A DNA stretch of 64,000 bases from the NCBI GenBank assembly GCA_964016885.1, contig OZ024740.1, positions 342,178,001 to 342,242,000 on the forward strand, in the 5' to 3' direction. Positions within the stretch are counted from its first letter, which is position 1. The number at the start of each line of letters is the position of its first letter. Position numbers and translations under genes: made by a program. Below, piece by piece: positions 27,677-41,904 of the stretch. The notes below the pieces were generated by a model that was given only the letters and a program-made list of their open reading frames with translations, ran no database searches and was not told the origin of the DNA. The stretch is from Eledone cirrhosa. Lineage: Eukaryota.

Positions 27677-28097
27677 ATATATTATGTTTTTTATCTGCCA
27701 AATTTACTCGGAAGACACTGTTGCCCAAGAAGTCACATAATTGGATTGAACCCAAGACCACAGAGACATGACATAGGTCAAGTGAACAGTTGACACATCG
27801 CTCTTCAATACTCAATAGCAGCCAAAAGATGTTTTCAGCTTCTTAATAGTGATTTGAAATAATGATAAAAAATATATATATTCCTATAGAATAAGGGTCC
27901 TTTAATTCTTCATGATCTAGGAGAAAATATTGAAAAAACAGTTTTGTTAATTCAAATGTTTATAGTATATTTACTAGTAGGGTGATTATTGTAAAGATTT
28001 GCTGTATTAAAGTATTATTATTGTAGTCAGTGCTGTTTTGTACTTTTCAAGAATGTCTTGCTAATGCAGTTTCCTTTGGCACAGGAAATAATGAAAT

Positions 28098-28286
28098 AAT
28101 TGTTTCTACTTTTGGCACAAGGCTAGCAATTACCCAGTACATTACTGGTACTTTATTTTATCAACCCCATAAGGATGAAAGGCAAAGTTAACCTCAACGG
28201 GATTTGAACTCAGACCATAAAGGGACGTAACTATGCTAGAAAGCATGGCGCCCAACCCTCTACCGATGCTGCCAATTCACCGCCCT
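28098..28286 (-). mobile_element. SINE family B with TSD taatgaaataat
   Basis: Reverse complement of the family B consensus; direct repeat on both flanks. Confidence 0.8.
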
Positions 28287-28491
28287 AATGAAATAATACA
28301 GAGAGATCCTGATTTTATAAAATATACAAACATTTAGAAATATTTTAATTTTTAGTTTTTACTAATGTTTTAAAATTATTTTCTTGAAATGAATCATTTG
28401 ATGTATTTTGATAAATATTTGAATGTCTTGAATGTTTCTGCTAATTTCTTTTCTTTTACTTCTCTATTCATTTATCTCTTTCTATTTTTAG

Positions 28492-28767
28492 ATTTTCTTG
28501 GAGAAAAAAATTGCCCAAGAGCGATACAGAAGCTCTCTGCATATGGTTGAAGCCTGTAGTGCTTCTGATTATGAACCTCCCTCAGAAATAGAATCTACAT
28601 CACCATCTACGATATTGAGTCAACCAGTTGTTGTTAATTCAGAAGGTGATATGAGTCCCGAAAACTTTAGCAAAGATGATAAGAATAAAGTATCTTCTGA
28701 AGATCAGAATAATATTGATGAGAAGACGAATCGAGATGAGCTGATAAAAATTGTTGAACAACTGCGG
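28492..28767 (+). CDS. RNF31: RNF31 exon: Ser/acidic linker and start of UBA region
   Basis: Polypyrimidine tract+ag acceptor, open frame IFLEKKIAQE...DELIKIVEQLR, donor gtaaga, phase 0/0. Confidence 0.75.
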
Positions 28768-29931
28768 GTAAGAATATAGAACCACTACTTCTACTGACAC
28801 TACTACTGTTATTCCAATACCTTACACTACAAAATACACCCATCACCATTGATTTGATAAACTGCTATCTCTCATATGAATATTCTCTAACTTGTTTTAT
28901 GTATTTGGTATAATATTTTGAATGACAGAAAAAATCTCTGAAGCAGTAAGATTCAGAAAGGGTTTGAACTCAGCAGAATTTTCTTTGCTATTGTTTGTAT
29001 TACAAAAATCACCTTCAGGTTCAACTTATAAACAGCATTGAAAAGGGCTTATCTATTTTACATTAAAAAAAAAATATTGTGTTTTGTGAAGAATAGTGTT
29101 GTTAGTTGCAGGTTTCTAATGGGCCTATCATTGGTTCGCTGCAGTTAATTTAAAGTGATGATGATGTCGCTGTTCAATTCAGGCAGAACAAATACTGCAA
29201 GGTATTTTTGTTCAAAAGCACCAATTTATCAATTTTCAACTTCCTGTTTATTTATCTGTCACTGATGTATATTGGTGAAATATACATGCATATCGACACA
29301 CAGCTTGTAAACTGTTCGAAATAGTAAACAATACTGTATGAAATAGTAAACAATACTGAAGCTTTTTCCATTTAAGTCTTCATTCTGATCAAATATCTTT
29401 TATATTATTTATCTGAAACGTTTTCAGATAAATAATATCGACACTCAGTAAAGTTTTCCAATAATTTCTTCATAGAATTCACATGACCTTACTGCCCTGA
29501 ATACCATAAAATAATCATAGTTAGAAACCCAATGCTAATATTTTAGCTATAACAGCCAGCTTTGTCCACCATCTAGTATACCATATAGATTAAAAGACAA
29601 CTGACACTTTCCAAAAACCATTTGTTTCAATTTCATCTTTATTTTCCTCTACTGATATGTAAGAATGGGAGATGGAATTACTAATCCTACACAATATCTT
29701 TATTAGCTGACAGATTGTTGTAAAATTTGCAGTAAACTAAAGAATTAAATGTTTAAAATGACAGTCATAGAGCTGTTTTATACTTTTCAAGAATGCTTGA
29801 CTAATGTGGTTACATGTAATACAATACATTGAGTTGTACAGGACCTTACGAGTTCAACACATGCACACACACACAGAAATGCTTGCACAAAGCTGAAATG
29901 TGTATCTGGCTCTTCTATGTCTCTTTGTCAG

Positions 29932-30177
29932 CTTGGTGAAAAACAAGGGATTGATGTCGATACAATGCTGATAGCCCTTGAGAAAACAGACAACTCTGTT
30001 ACTCCAATGGATTGGATCAAGGACCAGTGGCCTGAATACATCACAAATGTTATGGTGTATATATTTAATAAAATTGGAGTCCAGTTTGATAAAGAAGAAG
30101 TAACCTGTGCCTTGACGAAGCATAAAGGCAATACAGACAAAGCAGTTGATGAATGTATTAAATCTTATCAAAAAAAG
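29932..30177 (+). CDS. RNF31: RNF31 exon: UBA domain
   Basis: ctctttgtcag acceptor; LGEKQG...PMDWIKDQWP...HKGNTDKAVDECIKSYQKK resembles the HOIP UBA; donor gtaact. Confidence 0.88.
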
Positions 30178-30250
30178 GTAACTTCATTTAATGATTTTCT
30201 CCATGTTAGAAATAATTAGTTGCTCCATATAACACAACCAACAATCTCTT

Positions 30251-30400
30251 CCTGATACACTTTGTTACATAACTTACAATATATTCCTGATACACATTAT
30301 TACATAAATTATAATATATTCCTGATACACACTGTTACATAATTTACAATCCGTTCCTGATACACATTGTTACATAACTTACAATATGTTCCTGATTCAC
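30251..30400. repeat. 35-bp tandem repeat, ~4.3 copies
   Basis: Unit cctgatacacattgttacataacttacaatatatt at 30251, 30286, 30321, 30356, 30391. Confidence 0.85.
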
Positions 30401-31427
30401 AACATTAATATACACATTTATGCTGTCTCAGTTACCTCTATACTATATATATATATATAAATGTGCCCAGCCCACACTGTAAAGCGGTTGTGTAGGTACC
30501 ATGACAAAAAACACCCAATCCACACTGTAAATGTGATTGTTGGTTGGAAGGGCATGCAGCTGTAGAAACCAAGACAAAATAAGTTCTGTATGAGCAAGAT
30601 TCGATCATCTGACCTGGCTTGTCTCACAATGGGGCAACTCTTCTAACCCATGCTAACATGGAAAATGGACATTAAACAATGATGATGATATATAGATATA
30701 CTTTGGCTGTGTAGCACACAACTTAATAACCTACCAACATGTGCACTAATATGAAATTAGACATACATTTCATACCACTGTAAGGGATACAGTATATAAG
30801 CCTCTCACTTTTGTATTTCCTTGTGGTTGTTAAGAGGATATGCCTTCTGTTAAGATTAAAAGTATTTATAGTTTTTTTAATTAACAGGGAAATGCACATA
30901 TTTTGCCTGTTTATATGTCTATATATTAAAAATGCATAAATTTACACAGGCTTGGTTACCTCTATACTGTATATCTACAGATGTATCATCAACATTATTG
31001 CCCTTTTACATTTGTTTACCCATGCTTGCATGAGTTGGATGGATCTTTTCCCACACACCATCCCTCTACTCATCACAGTCATTCATCAACTCAACTGTGA
31101 GCTTGTTATTTAAAATCAGCTTTCACAACCATGGCTCAGATTTTCCTTGGCCTCCCTCTACTGTAGCTCCCTTCCATTAAGATTTCTTGGAATTTCTTCA
31201 CCCAACAATCATCATTCATATGCATCGCATGACCATACGAGTGCAAACATTCCTCGACCATACCAGTGCAGTCATTCCTCCTCTTGCACACATCTAATAT
31301 CCAGTTTTTCTCACTGTCTATTCACATTAGTATTGCATATCCATTCAAGCATACTTGCTTCATTTCCCTGGTGTCTTCACATTTCCTCTGCATTTATTTC
31401 CCATGTCTCACTACATTAGTGTCTTTC

Positions 31428-31636
31428 AGTGTCTGTGTGTGTTTGTGTGTCTGTCTGTCTGTCTGTGTGTATCTGTCAGTGTTTATCTGTGTGTGTCTGC
31501 CAGTGTTTGTCAGTGTGTGTCTGTCTGTCTTTCAGTGTCTGTGTTTGCCTGTCTGTGTGTGTCTGCTTGTGTTTGTCTGTCAGTGTCTGTATGTGTTTGT
31601 GTGTGTTTGTCAGTGTCTATTTGTGTGTGTCTGTCA
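31428..31636. repeat. degenerate (TG)n/(TGTC)n microsatellite
   Basis: Direct inspection. Confidence 0.9.
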
Positions 31637-31701
31637 CATAAATACACTAAATTATTATTGTATTTATTCCCCTTTTTCTTTTATGCACATCATCATTTCA
31701 G

Positions 31702-31917
31702 CTAAAGAAAGCACAAGAATTTGGTACTTTTTCTGAAGAAGCCTACAAACAGGCTTATGAGAAACACAGTGGAGATGTTGATCTTATTCTCCAAGAATTA
31801 TTTAAGCCTAGTTTGGATGAATATGTGAAAAGAATTTGGGCTGAAAATGAGCCCCTCAATGGTTCATTATCAGCTGGTTTAATTAATCTTTTAACTGACA
31901 CACAGGAAGATGTCCAA
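31702..31917 (+). CDS. RNF31: RNF31 exon: UBA C-terminal part
   Basis: tttcag acceptor; LKKAQEFG...[13 protein letters not shown]...YVKRIW; donor gtaagt. Confidence 0.88.
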
Positions 31918-32021
31918 GTAAGTTTTGTAATAATTCCTTCAATCATATATTTAATTCAGTTATTCATATTTAACAGAAGGTACATCTTGCTCATTATCAT
32001 CATTATTATCATCATTATAGC

Positions 32022-32358
32022 TGGAGGCACATGGCTTAGTGGTTAGAGCATTGGTCTTGCAATCGAAAGGTTGTGAGTTCAATTCTCAGACTGGGTGATG
32101 TGTTGTTTCCGTGAGCAAGACACTTTATTTCACATTGCTCCAGTTTACTCAGCTGTAGAAATGAGATGATAGGGACTGGGGTCCCTATCATTCCACTGCA
32201 AAGTGGTCGTGCAGGTGCCACGGCAAAAAAGCACCCAGCACTCATTGTAAATGAGGTTGGTGTTAGGAAGGGCATCCAGCTGTAGAAATCAAGCCAGAAT
32301 CAGTTCCCGTCCCACCCTTGCAAGCAGGGAAAAGCGGACGTAAAATGATGATGATGAT
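32022..32358 (+). mobile_element. tRNA-derived SINE (family A)
   Basis: Near-identical to 17156-17503. Confidence 0.85.
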
Positions 32359-32399
32359 ATGTCTGTCTTCCATATTGGTATAAATTGGAAGGATTGTTA

Positions 32400-35300
32400 T
32401 GGTTCACAACGCAACAGGATGGTTAAACATGTCTCCCTCATATGTTCCAACGACGACGAAGAAGCAGGCGTGTGTGCGAATGAAAAAGACGGGGGCGTTT
32501 GTGGCTCAGGTGTGATAGCGTCTGTGTCCAAGTGCGCTCATATGAGTCGATCAATAGAAACTGTCTCTCTGGAACCCTTAATGTCCACAGTGAAATGTTT
32601 ATCAAAATGAGCTAATACACGGTAGGGTCCAGAGTACGGTTGTGTGAGAGGTGGTCTCACAGCATCGTTTCTTACGAACACATGGGTCCACGAGGCAATA
32701 TCTCTCGGGACTGCAGATTTTACAGTTTGTTTTCTCGTATCCATCGGCGGCAGGTCCTGAAAATAAGAACGCAGACGGGATACATAGGAAAGCGGATCTT
32801 GTGCAGCAAGATCGACAGGGGCAAGCGTTTGCCCAGGTAACGCTAGAGGAGCACCATATAATAATTTGGCCGGGGAGAACCCAAGGTCCTCCTTTATTGA
32901 TGACCGAATCCCCAACAACACAATAGGGAGGTACTCGCTCCAACGCGTAGAGTCAGAAGTCCATAGAGCGGCTTTTAGTTTTTGGTGGCAACGCTCCACC
33001 ATTCCATTAGAGGCAGGATGATATGCAGTTGTTCGGATGCGTTTAGTGCCAATCATCTTCGTTAATTCATGGAAGAGATTCGATTCAAACTGCCTTCCAC
33101 GGTCCGTGGTAATTGGCGTCGGTACTCCATATAGAGCGACACAAGGGCACGCGCTGTTGTCTCAGCAGTGATATCTTTCAAGAGGATGACTTCAGGCCAT
33201 CGCGAGAAACCATCGATAACAGTCAATATGTAATTATGACCCCCGCTGATTGGCCAAGGTCCCACGATGTCCACATGAATGTGGCGAAACCAAGCGTCCG
33301 GGTTACTAAAAGTACCTAGAGGAGTCTTAACATGCCTGTGAACTTTTGATCTCTGGCAAGCAACACAGGAACGGCACCAAACAGTAATATCACGTCTCAT
33401 ATTTGGCCAGAAGAATCTAGCTGTTAAGAGTTTTACTGTGGCAGAAGATCCTGGATGTGAAATGCTGTGTAAAACAAGAAACACAGTTCGACGATGGTTC
33501 AATGGAACAAAAAGGTGTGGCGCATCCAAAGAGACATCGCAGAGGATCCGTCCTTCTGCAGTCGACAATGGATAGGTATTTCATCATGCAATTCACAAAT
33601 TCAGACGATGTAACATCCAACGATTCGAGGGTAGGCTGATCGGCTGCCAAGCGATTCAAATCTATGTCATCGGACGACGAGATCAACGTAATCGCCAAAC
33701 GAGACAGGGCGTCGACCGCTGTATTCATAGAACCCGGAATATGTTGAATATCATTAGTAAATTGAGAGATGAGGTCGAGATGTCTAGTTTCTCTGGGCGA
33801 GTATTTGTCGGATTTTGCTTGCAAGGCGAATGTCAATGGCATGTGGTCCGTGAAAATGGTGAACGTTCTTCCTTCAAGCATGTGCGAAAAATACTTCACC
33901 GACAAGTATATACCTAACAACTACCGTCCAAAGGTGCTGTAGCGGGTTTCGGCAGGTTTCAGCTTCCTGTAGAAAAATTCTGACTGTTGCTGTCGATCAT
34001 TCCTACTTTGTTGCAAAACTGCGCCCACGGCAGTATCCGACACATCAACACAAAGCGAAAGCTTAGCATTGGACACTGGGTGAGCCAGCAAAGATGTATT
34101 GGCTAGAGCAATTTTCGCATTCTCAAAATCCTTGAGCTGAGTTTTATTCAAAGAAATGTTATTATATTTATTTCGGCAATTTTTCAAAATTTCAGTCAGA
34201 GAGAAGAGCAGCTTAGCACAATTAGGCACAAACCGCCTATAAAAATTGATCAGTCCCAAGAATTGGCGCAACTGACGAAGTGAGTTTGGTGGAGGCAAAT
34301 CCTCTATAGCTCTAACTCTCTTAGGAAGAGGTCGAATACCGTCAGCGTCAACGACGTGACCCAAAAAACTCAGATTCGGAACTAAAAACACATTTTGATG
34401 GATTTATCCGAACATTGTAATCCTTCAAACAACAAAATAGAAGGTCCAGATGGCGTGAATGTTGCTCTGGAGAAGAGTTAGCAACAAGAAGCTCATCAAT
34501 ATATGTGTAGACAAAATCGAGGCCGCGAGTGACTTCATCCATAAATCGCTGGAAGGTGCTAGCAGCATTTCTTAACCCGAAAGGCATGGTGAGAAATTCA
34601 AAAGATCCAAATGGCGTAGTTATAGCCGTTTTTGGGATGTTGTCTTTGTTGACAGGAATCTGGTTGTAGGCTCGTATCAAATTGAGCTTCGAAAAAATGT
34701 TACAGCCTTGCAACGAGGATGCAAATCCTGCAGATGAGGGATAGGATATCGATCCGGTACGGTCATCGAGTTCAATCTTCTATAATCCCCTGTGGGTCTC
34801 CAATCGCCAGAAGATTTTGGCACCATATGTAATGGAGATGCCCACGGGCTCATGGAAGGGCGAATAATTCCGAGCTGTAACATATGACCGAACTCTGACC
34901 GTGCTGCTTTCAGTTTGTCCGCTGGCAATCAACATGGACGCGAAAAAACCGGAGCATCAGTAGTAGTAATAAAATGCTCCGTGGCGTAGTTTGGATCAGT
35001 GACTCCAAAATTTCCATTAGTCAGTTGCAGGAATGATTTCAACAATCCATGATATGAGTTTCCGGAGTTAGCGATGAAGAATGTGGGGCTAACTGCAGAA
35101 ACTTCTGCTGTTCTGCCACAAAGAGAAAAACCAGTAATATCATCGACTAGGCGTTGGTGACGGACGTCCACCGTCAAAGAAAAATGGTGCAGAAAGTCCG
35201 CGCCCAAAATCGGGTATGGGAGGTCAGCAACAGTGAAAACCCATTTGAAATCCCGACGAAGATTTTGAAACTGAAGAGGAAGCGAGATCTGTCCAAAAGT

Positions 35301-36860
35301 TCGGATTGGTGACTGGTTGACAGCTTGCAGGAGTTACTGTCATACAATTAACAGGCCAGATACTGCACGAAGCTCCTGTGTCTACGAGGAAGGCTCTTCC
35401 AGACAGGAGGTCCTCTATGAAGAAATGGCGGTTCTGTCGTGTCTCGCAGAGTTCACTTGCCGCCTTTAGTGACTCTGATTTACGTTTCCTGCAGTCGAAT
35501 AGCTACAAGATGGTCTGCAGTGCTTTGCATTTTCTGCAAAGGTGGCATGATACCAGCAGAAAGAAGAATTGCTGGCAGGCGTGCTGGCGCAACGATGAGA
35601 AGACGAGAAGGAACGCGAGCGTCTTTTTGACCGCCTGGGAGATGGCCTATTCTCCCTGCATAAATTAGCTACCTGACGTGTCAATGCGTTGATAGCCTGC
35701 AACATGACGTCTTCGCGTGTTGAGACGCGCTGACTCAAAACTGAGGAAGAAGCAACACAAGAGTCCGACGAGGTTGTTTGTCGTGAAAATTCTACTATCC
35801 GATCAGCCGAAGCAGCAATCTGCTCTAACGAGCTGGTATCGATCATGTTGGCCAATATCGTCTGGACGTTATTTGGAAGGCGAGAGAAAAATAGTTTTTT
35901 AATGGAGGAGCTGTCTTCGTCGGCTGATTCGCTCAGGTCTGGAATACGTTGTAAGAATTCAGACGGAGTCCTATCGCCTAAGCTCTCGTCTTCCAGTAAG
36001 GAACGAAATCTGCTTTCAGCAGATCGATAATTTCGTCGTAAAATTTCCGTCCGCAACGAATCATAAGTTGTACCGAATGGCGGATCTGTGATTAAATCCT
36101 TTACTGAAGTAGCCAACGACGCAGGTATCCCACTAACCAGGACATTGAGCTTGTGTTCTGCTTTAATTCCGCAGGCAGCAAAATAGGCATCTAGTTGTGC
36201 AAACCATAGCTTAGGATCGCCAGAGAACGTAGGTAAATTCATACCACTCATTATGAGAATGTATCAGTCCACATAAAAATTCAAAGTGATATCCTGTTGA
36301 AACGAACGACACGAGGTATCGCTTCCGAGTGCCTTACTCAGAAAAATGAGATGTTTAGAACAACGGGAAAATACAAAATTTCCTTAACATCCACGCATCA
36401 ATAAAAACGTTCTCCACTATTTATACAAGAAAAAGTCATTTAGTGAATTGGCAAGATTCGGAAATTTAAGTCGCATGACAGTAAGACATAAGATACAAAA
36501 ATGGCTTCAACGTTTCTTGTTCAAGAAGAAGTCATCCTATGATGCGGCTCAGCCAATCAGATGGCTGCATTTCGGCCAAGAAGAAGAAATGGCTCAAAAA
36601 TTGCCGGACAAGGTAGCCATGTAGAATTTTAAATTTTTTTTTTGTTTTGTTTTTTTATAATAAAATATATATATATATATATATATATATTTTTTTAAAT
36701 GTTCAATATTGTTAAGCACTGTTTTAGTTCTCAATAGTTTCTATTTGGTTTTTTTAAAGTCACTGTTTTCGTAGAAGAAATGTTACGTTCAAGATGTGGG
36801 AAGAGAAGTTGAAAGTTAACAGATGAGAAGGCGTTTTTTTCTGTCGGGGTCAACCACTCT
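32400..36860 (-). mobile_element. decayed Ty3/Gypsy LTR retrotransposon internal region (gag-PR-RT-RH-IN)
   Basis: gag 35466-36251 (DPKLWFAQL, LGDRTPSEFL); [26 protein letters not shown]; RNase H RYSTFGR, FTDHMPL; integrase [35 protein letters not shown]; many frameshifts; PBS-like tggttgaccccgac at 36843-36856(-); no paired LTRs seen. Confidence 0.9.
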
Positions 36861-36970
36861 AGAAGGCTACCTGATGATTCCCATTACAGAAGTGAATCAG
36901 ATATCTTTTTAGAAAATACAGCATAACCAATTGTATATAATAAAATATATTATTTTATTATAAGATAATA

Positions 36971-37158
36971 ATTGTTTCTACTTTAGGCACAAGGCCAGCA
37001 CAGGCACCCAGTACATTACTGGTACTTTATTTTATCGACCCCGTAAGGATGAAAGGCAAAGTTAACCTCGGCGGGATTTGAACTCAGACTGTAAAGGGTC
37101 GTAACTATGCTAGAAAGCATGGCGTCCAACCCTCTACTGATACTGCCAATTCACCGCA
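36971..37158 (-). mobile_element. SINE family B with TSD attataagataata
   Basis: Family B match; direct repeat on the flanks. Confidence 0.8.
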
Positions 37159-37530
37159 ATTATAAGATAATAATGATGGCAGTTTAACGTAGCACAAAAT
37201 TATGCGTGTCGTCCCTTCGCAAGTTGCCACCGGAGAGTGAATGATTTGGTGACGTCAGAGCTATGTGCCGGTAACTCTGCATAGCTGTCCCCAAGCACAT
37301 GACAGGTGTCACTTCACTACAAGTGCTTTATAATGTTATAAAAAATTATGACCTTAAGAACACCAAACAATTGGAGAATCAGCACCATTTGACATCAAGT
37401 AAAGCAGCTATGTATCCTCTATATATCTTCATCACCATTGTTTCAATGTCCACTTGCCTTGCTAGCAATGTATGTATATATATATATATGTATGTATGTG
37501 TGTGTGTATATATATATATATATATGTGTG

Positions 37531-39872
37531 GGATGGGGTAAGTAGAGAAGACTATCAAGTGGCCAGGAGGGAAGCTAGGAGACAAGTGTACTTCGCAAGA
37601 AGGGAAGCAGAGGAAAGAAAGTTCAAGCATGTTCTACAACGCGAGGACCAAAAACGTGAGGTGTTCAGGATTGCTAGGCAATGTGTCAAGGAAAACCGTG
37701 ATATTGTCGGAGAGAAGTGTGTCCTTAATGATGATGGTGTACATGCCATCACTGACGCTGATAAGAAGGTAGCTTGGAAGTGTCACTACGAAAGGCTACT
37801 AAATGAGGAGAATAAATGGGAGAAAGACAGTCTCCCCCACATCGATCCAATAGAGGGACCAGCAGTGCTAGTTGAAGGTAGTATAATAAGTAAGGCAATC
37901 AAAGATATGAAGACGGGTAAGGCGGCTGGGCCTTCGGAAATAGTTGCTGAAATGCTGATAAGCATCTGGAACGGTGGGACACACTATGGTCACCCGGATA
38001 GTAAACCAAGTCATATAGAATGGGGCCGTTCCGAAGGACTGGCGTAGCAGCATCATCATTAACTGCTACAACGGTAAAGGAGATGCCCTAGATAGGGGTA
38101 ACTATAGAGGCATTAAATTAATCGACCAGGTCATGAAGGTCACAGAAAAAGTAATAGCGCAACTAATCAGAGAACAAATTGATCTAGACGAAATGCAGTT
38201 CGGGTTTGTGTCAGGTAAAAGTACCACAGACGCTCTTTTCATTGTACGACAACTACAGGAGAAGTACCTAGCTAAAAGTAAACCCCTATACTTAGCTTTT
38301 GTTGACTTGGAGAAAGCCTTTGACAGAGTCCCCCGCTCCATTATCTGGTGGGTGCTTAGAAAACTAGGTGTTGATGAATGGCTTGTGAGAGCTATACAAG
38401 CCATGTATAAAGAAACAGTCAGCAAGGTTAGAATTAACAACGAATAGAGGGGAGAGTTTAGCGTAAAAGTTGGTGTTCATCAGGGCTCCGTTCTTAGCCC
38501 CCTACTATTTATTATTGCCCTTCAGGCTATAACAGAGGAGTTAAAGACCGGCTGCCCATGGGAACTTCTATATGCAGATGATCTAACACTCGTAGCTGAA
38601 TCAATGGCTGAACTAGAGAAGAAATTCCAAACATGGAAGCATGGCCTAGAATCAAAAGGCCTTAAAGTTAACTTGTCTAAGACTAAAGTTCTAGTTTGTA
38701 GGAAGGAAAATAGGGCACCGGTCCCATCTGGGAAATGGCCATGCTCAGTGTGTAGGAAAGGAGTAGGTAGAAACTCCATTTTATGTCCCAAATGCAAAGT
38801 ATGGGTGCATAAAAGATGTAGTGGGATCACAGGTAAGCTAACTAAGAATATAGATTTTATATGTGGCCGGTGCTCTGGTGCAATAAGTAGCAGCAAGTGC
38901 CCACAGAATACTAGCTCATTCCATTGCACAGATGGTTCTATAGAAATAGTGGACAGCTTCCGTTACCTGGGTGACAAAATCAGCAGTGGGGGAGGGTGCT
39001 CTGAAAGTACAGTAGCTAGAGTCAGAACTGGATGGAAAAAGTTCAGAGAGCTTATACCACTATTAGCCGCTAAAGGGTTCTCTCTAAAAATGAAAGGGAG
39101 GCTGTATGATGCCTGCATACGAACAATAATTTTACATGGCAGTGAGACCTGGGCATTGTGTGCAGAGGATATACGCAGACTGGAGAAACAAAGCTTGCAT
39201 GCTCCGCTGGATGTGTAATAGTAATATACATGAAAGGCAAAGCATAAACGAACTAAGGGAGAGATTAGGAATAAGAGGGATCAGATGTTGTTACTCGAGA
39301 GAAGACTACGTTGGTATGGTCACGTGATGAGCATGAAAGACGACAGCTGTATAAAAAGTGCAGGGCGATAAAAATAGACGGTAGCCACGGAGTAGGCAGA
39401 CCCAGAAAAACCTGGGACGACTTGATAAATTTCGACCTCACACAATTACACCTCTCCAAGACAATGTCACTGGATCAAGAGCTTTGGCGCTACACAGTCA
39501 TACAGAAGACCCGCCTTGAGTAAGACTTGCCTAAGTACAAAGCGAAACCTACAGTCAGTAGGCACCTCTAACAAAATACACCCCTGTCCCACTACCCCCA
39601 CCCCCTTAAATGTGAAGTTATGTTGGTACCACAACATCCAGTCCGAAACAAATGAGGTCGTGTAGGTGTCATGACAAAAAAACACAGTCCACGCTGCAAT
39701 GTGGCCGTGTAGGTAACATGGTAAAAACCTCCCAGTCCACACTGTAAACATGGTTGGTGTTAGGAAGGGCATCCAGCCGTAGAAAACCCGCCAGACAGTC
39801 CTATACGAGCAAGACAACAAATCTTGCCTCAAGTGGGAAAACTCCCGTCCAAACCCATGCAGATGGACGTTA
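37531..39872 (+). mobile_element. 5'-truncated RTE LINE with stops and frameshifts
   Basis: ORFs 37472-38047, 38133-38447, 38604-39218 and 39311-39523 are collinear with the 19-22.8 kb copy. Confidence 0.92.
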
Positions 39873-39900
39873 GGCGGCGGCGGCGGCGTATATATATATT

Positions 39901-39965
<65 letters not shown>

Positions 39966-40149
39966 CCGGGTTCCTTATAGTTACCATCTACTAAATTCAT
40001 TCACAAGTGGCAAGAAGCTATTATAGAAGTTAATTCCCCAAGATGCCATACATTGAGATAGCTCTCTGGTATTATATCTGAAATAGTACATTATGTTATA
40101 TCTTGTAATTCTGCTGTTCATTCATTTTAATTATTTTATTTATTTTCAG

Positions 40150-40365
40150 AGACGTGTTAGAGCAGCCTATTCTGAAATTCCGTTCAAGGGTTGGCGTCGA
40201 GCTGAATATGTTATAGGTATCATTGATAAAAACCTACACTCTCTTGAGAACTGTGATATTGCAGATATTGTTGAAATTGTACAGAATACAACTAGTATGG
40301 ACCTTGCTTTGAAACAATTGAAAATTGAATGTAAAATCTGCTTTAATTCTCAACCCCAAACCAAG
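40150..40365 (+). CDS. RNF31: RNF31 exon: pre-RING1 helices and first RING1 CxxC
   Basis: ttttcag acceptor; RRVRAAYSEIPFKGWRRAE...IECKICFNSQPQTK; donor gtaagg. Confidence 0.88.
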
Positions 40366-40599
40366 GTAAGGACTACATCAATCAGGCAAGTCTCTGAAAT
40401 TTCTGCAATCAATCATTGGGTGCTATTCTAGATGTTTGATTGTGTGTACATCATGGCATTTTTGTGGGCCTTAGAAATGCTTGGCAGTGCCTATCTCTTC
40501 TCCAAGCTCTAAGTACTACAATACCACAACCCACACTATGTGCACTATGAACCATAAACCCCAATACAATTTACACTACGCATTGCTTTCTTATGGTTG

Positions 40600-41450
40600 A
40601 TAATGAGTCAGTTAAGCATACTAAATGTTCAAGCCATCCTAGTCGATGCATGTGATCAACGGATCCTTTTCACCTCTTTCATTAATAATTCCACCCTCTT
40701 GTATATTTCACTATACCTTTCTGTCTCTATCAACACCATTCATCTCTTTACCTCAGTCCACTATAAACCTACAAACTCTTCACCATCTTACTGTGACTTT
40801 TCTTTCTCACATTACATATAAAACACATACAATCTACCATCTCTTTTTCATAATTTCTCAAGTTCAACCTCGTTTGCAGCTGTTACTTTTTCCTCTCACA
40901 TTAGTACCCCAATATGTTGTGGCCACTGCTTTCCATCAAACCCAGATCAACTTCTGCTTTTTGCAATCAAACTCTATAACCACTCCTCTAAGCTTTCACT
41001 CAAGTATAAATTTTTATCCTTTTTGAAAGAGTGAAGTGTTCCCTCATCCCTAGCCTCCACTTGGTCCTGCTCCCATACTTGTTCCTTCTTCTCACAAGCC
41101 ACAAGTTTACAGTCAAAGTGATCACCTACATTACTAGTATATCCTCCAAATATATTGTATAGCATGCAAGTTTTACAATGTAGTGTATAAAGGGTTTGCA
41201 TTTGGGTGAACATTTTTGTAATCATCTTTTCAGTGTTTGTAACAATGCTCAGGGAGTCCTCCCTTAACTTGTAACCTACCACTTTAACTTACCCAACTGC
41301 TCCTCTAACCACTTCTTAGTCTGTGGTGTTCCATAACACTGGTTCACCTCTAAACCTGTTCTTCGCGGTGTTAAGATATTCTGCAGCTTATTTTGGTTCT
41401 ACTTTACACCCTACCACCTTCCTACACTCACTTCAAGTGTTCTCATCCTC
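40600..41450 (+). mobile_element. highly decayed Penelope-like element fragment
   Basis: TSVHYKPTNSSPSYCDFSFSH resembles the PLE RT C-terminal motif; possible GIY-YIG remnants downstream. Confidence 0.4.
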
Positions 41451-41904
41451 TCTGTCTTAGATCTGTTTTATATACATGTGAGTTTGTTTATAGGCTTTTT
41501 ATATGAATGTGTATACTTCTATACACTTGTGTTTGCATAAGCATTTGACAATTGCATCAGCCCACTCTGTAAAGTGGTTGTGTTAGTGTCTCAACAAAAA
41601 GCCCCCAGCTCACACTGTAAAGTGGTCATGTAGGTGACATGACAAAAACCGCCCAGTACACACTGTCAATGTGGTTGAAATTTGGAAGGGCATCCAACCA
41701 TAGAAACCAAGCTCAAATCAGTTCTGTATGATCAAGAAATGGTCGTCTGACCTGGCCTGTTTCACAAGGAGACAACTCGTCTAACTTATGCTAATGTGAA
41801 AAAATGGATGGTAAATGGTAATGATAATAATAATGATGATGATGATCCTGTCAAGGAAGCTATCTGTTTTTAATATAGTCTAGCATCATGTTTGTTTCTT
41901 GTTT

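Noticed and set aside
29842-29931. Upstream in-frame acceptor for the UBA exon
   Set aside because: Weak pyrimidine tract; the acceptor at 29931/29932 is stronger and restores collinearity with HOIP
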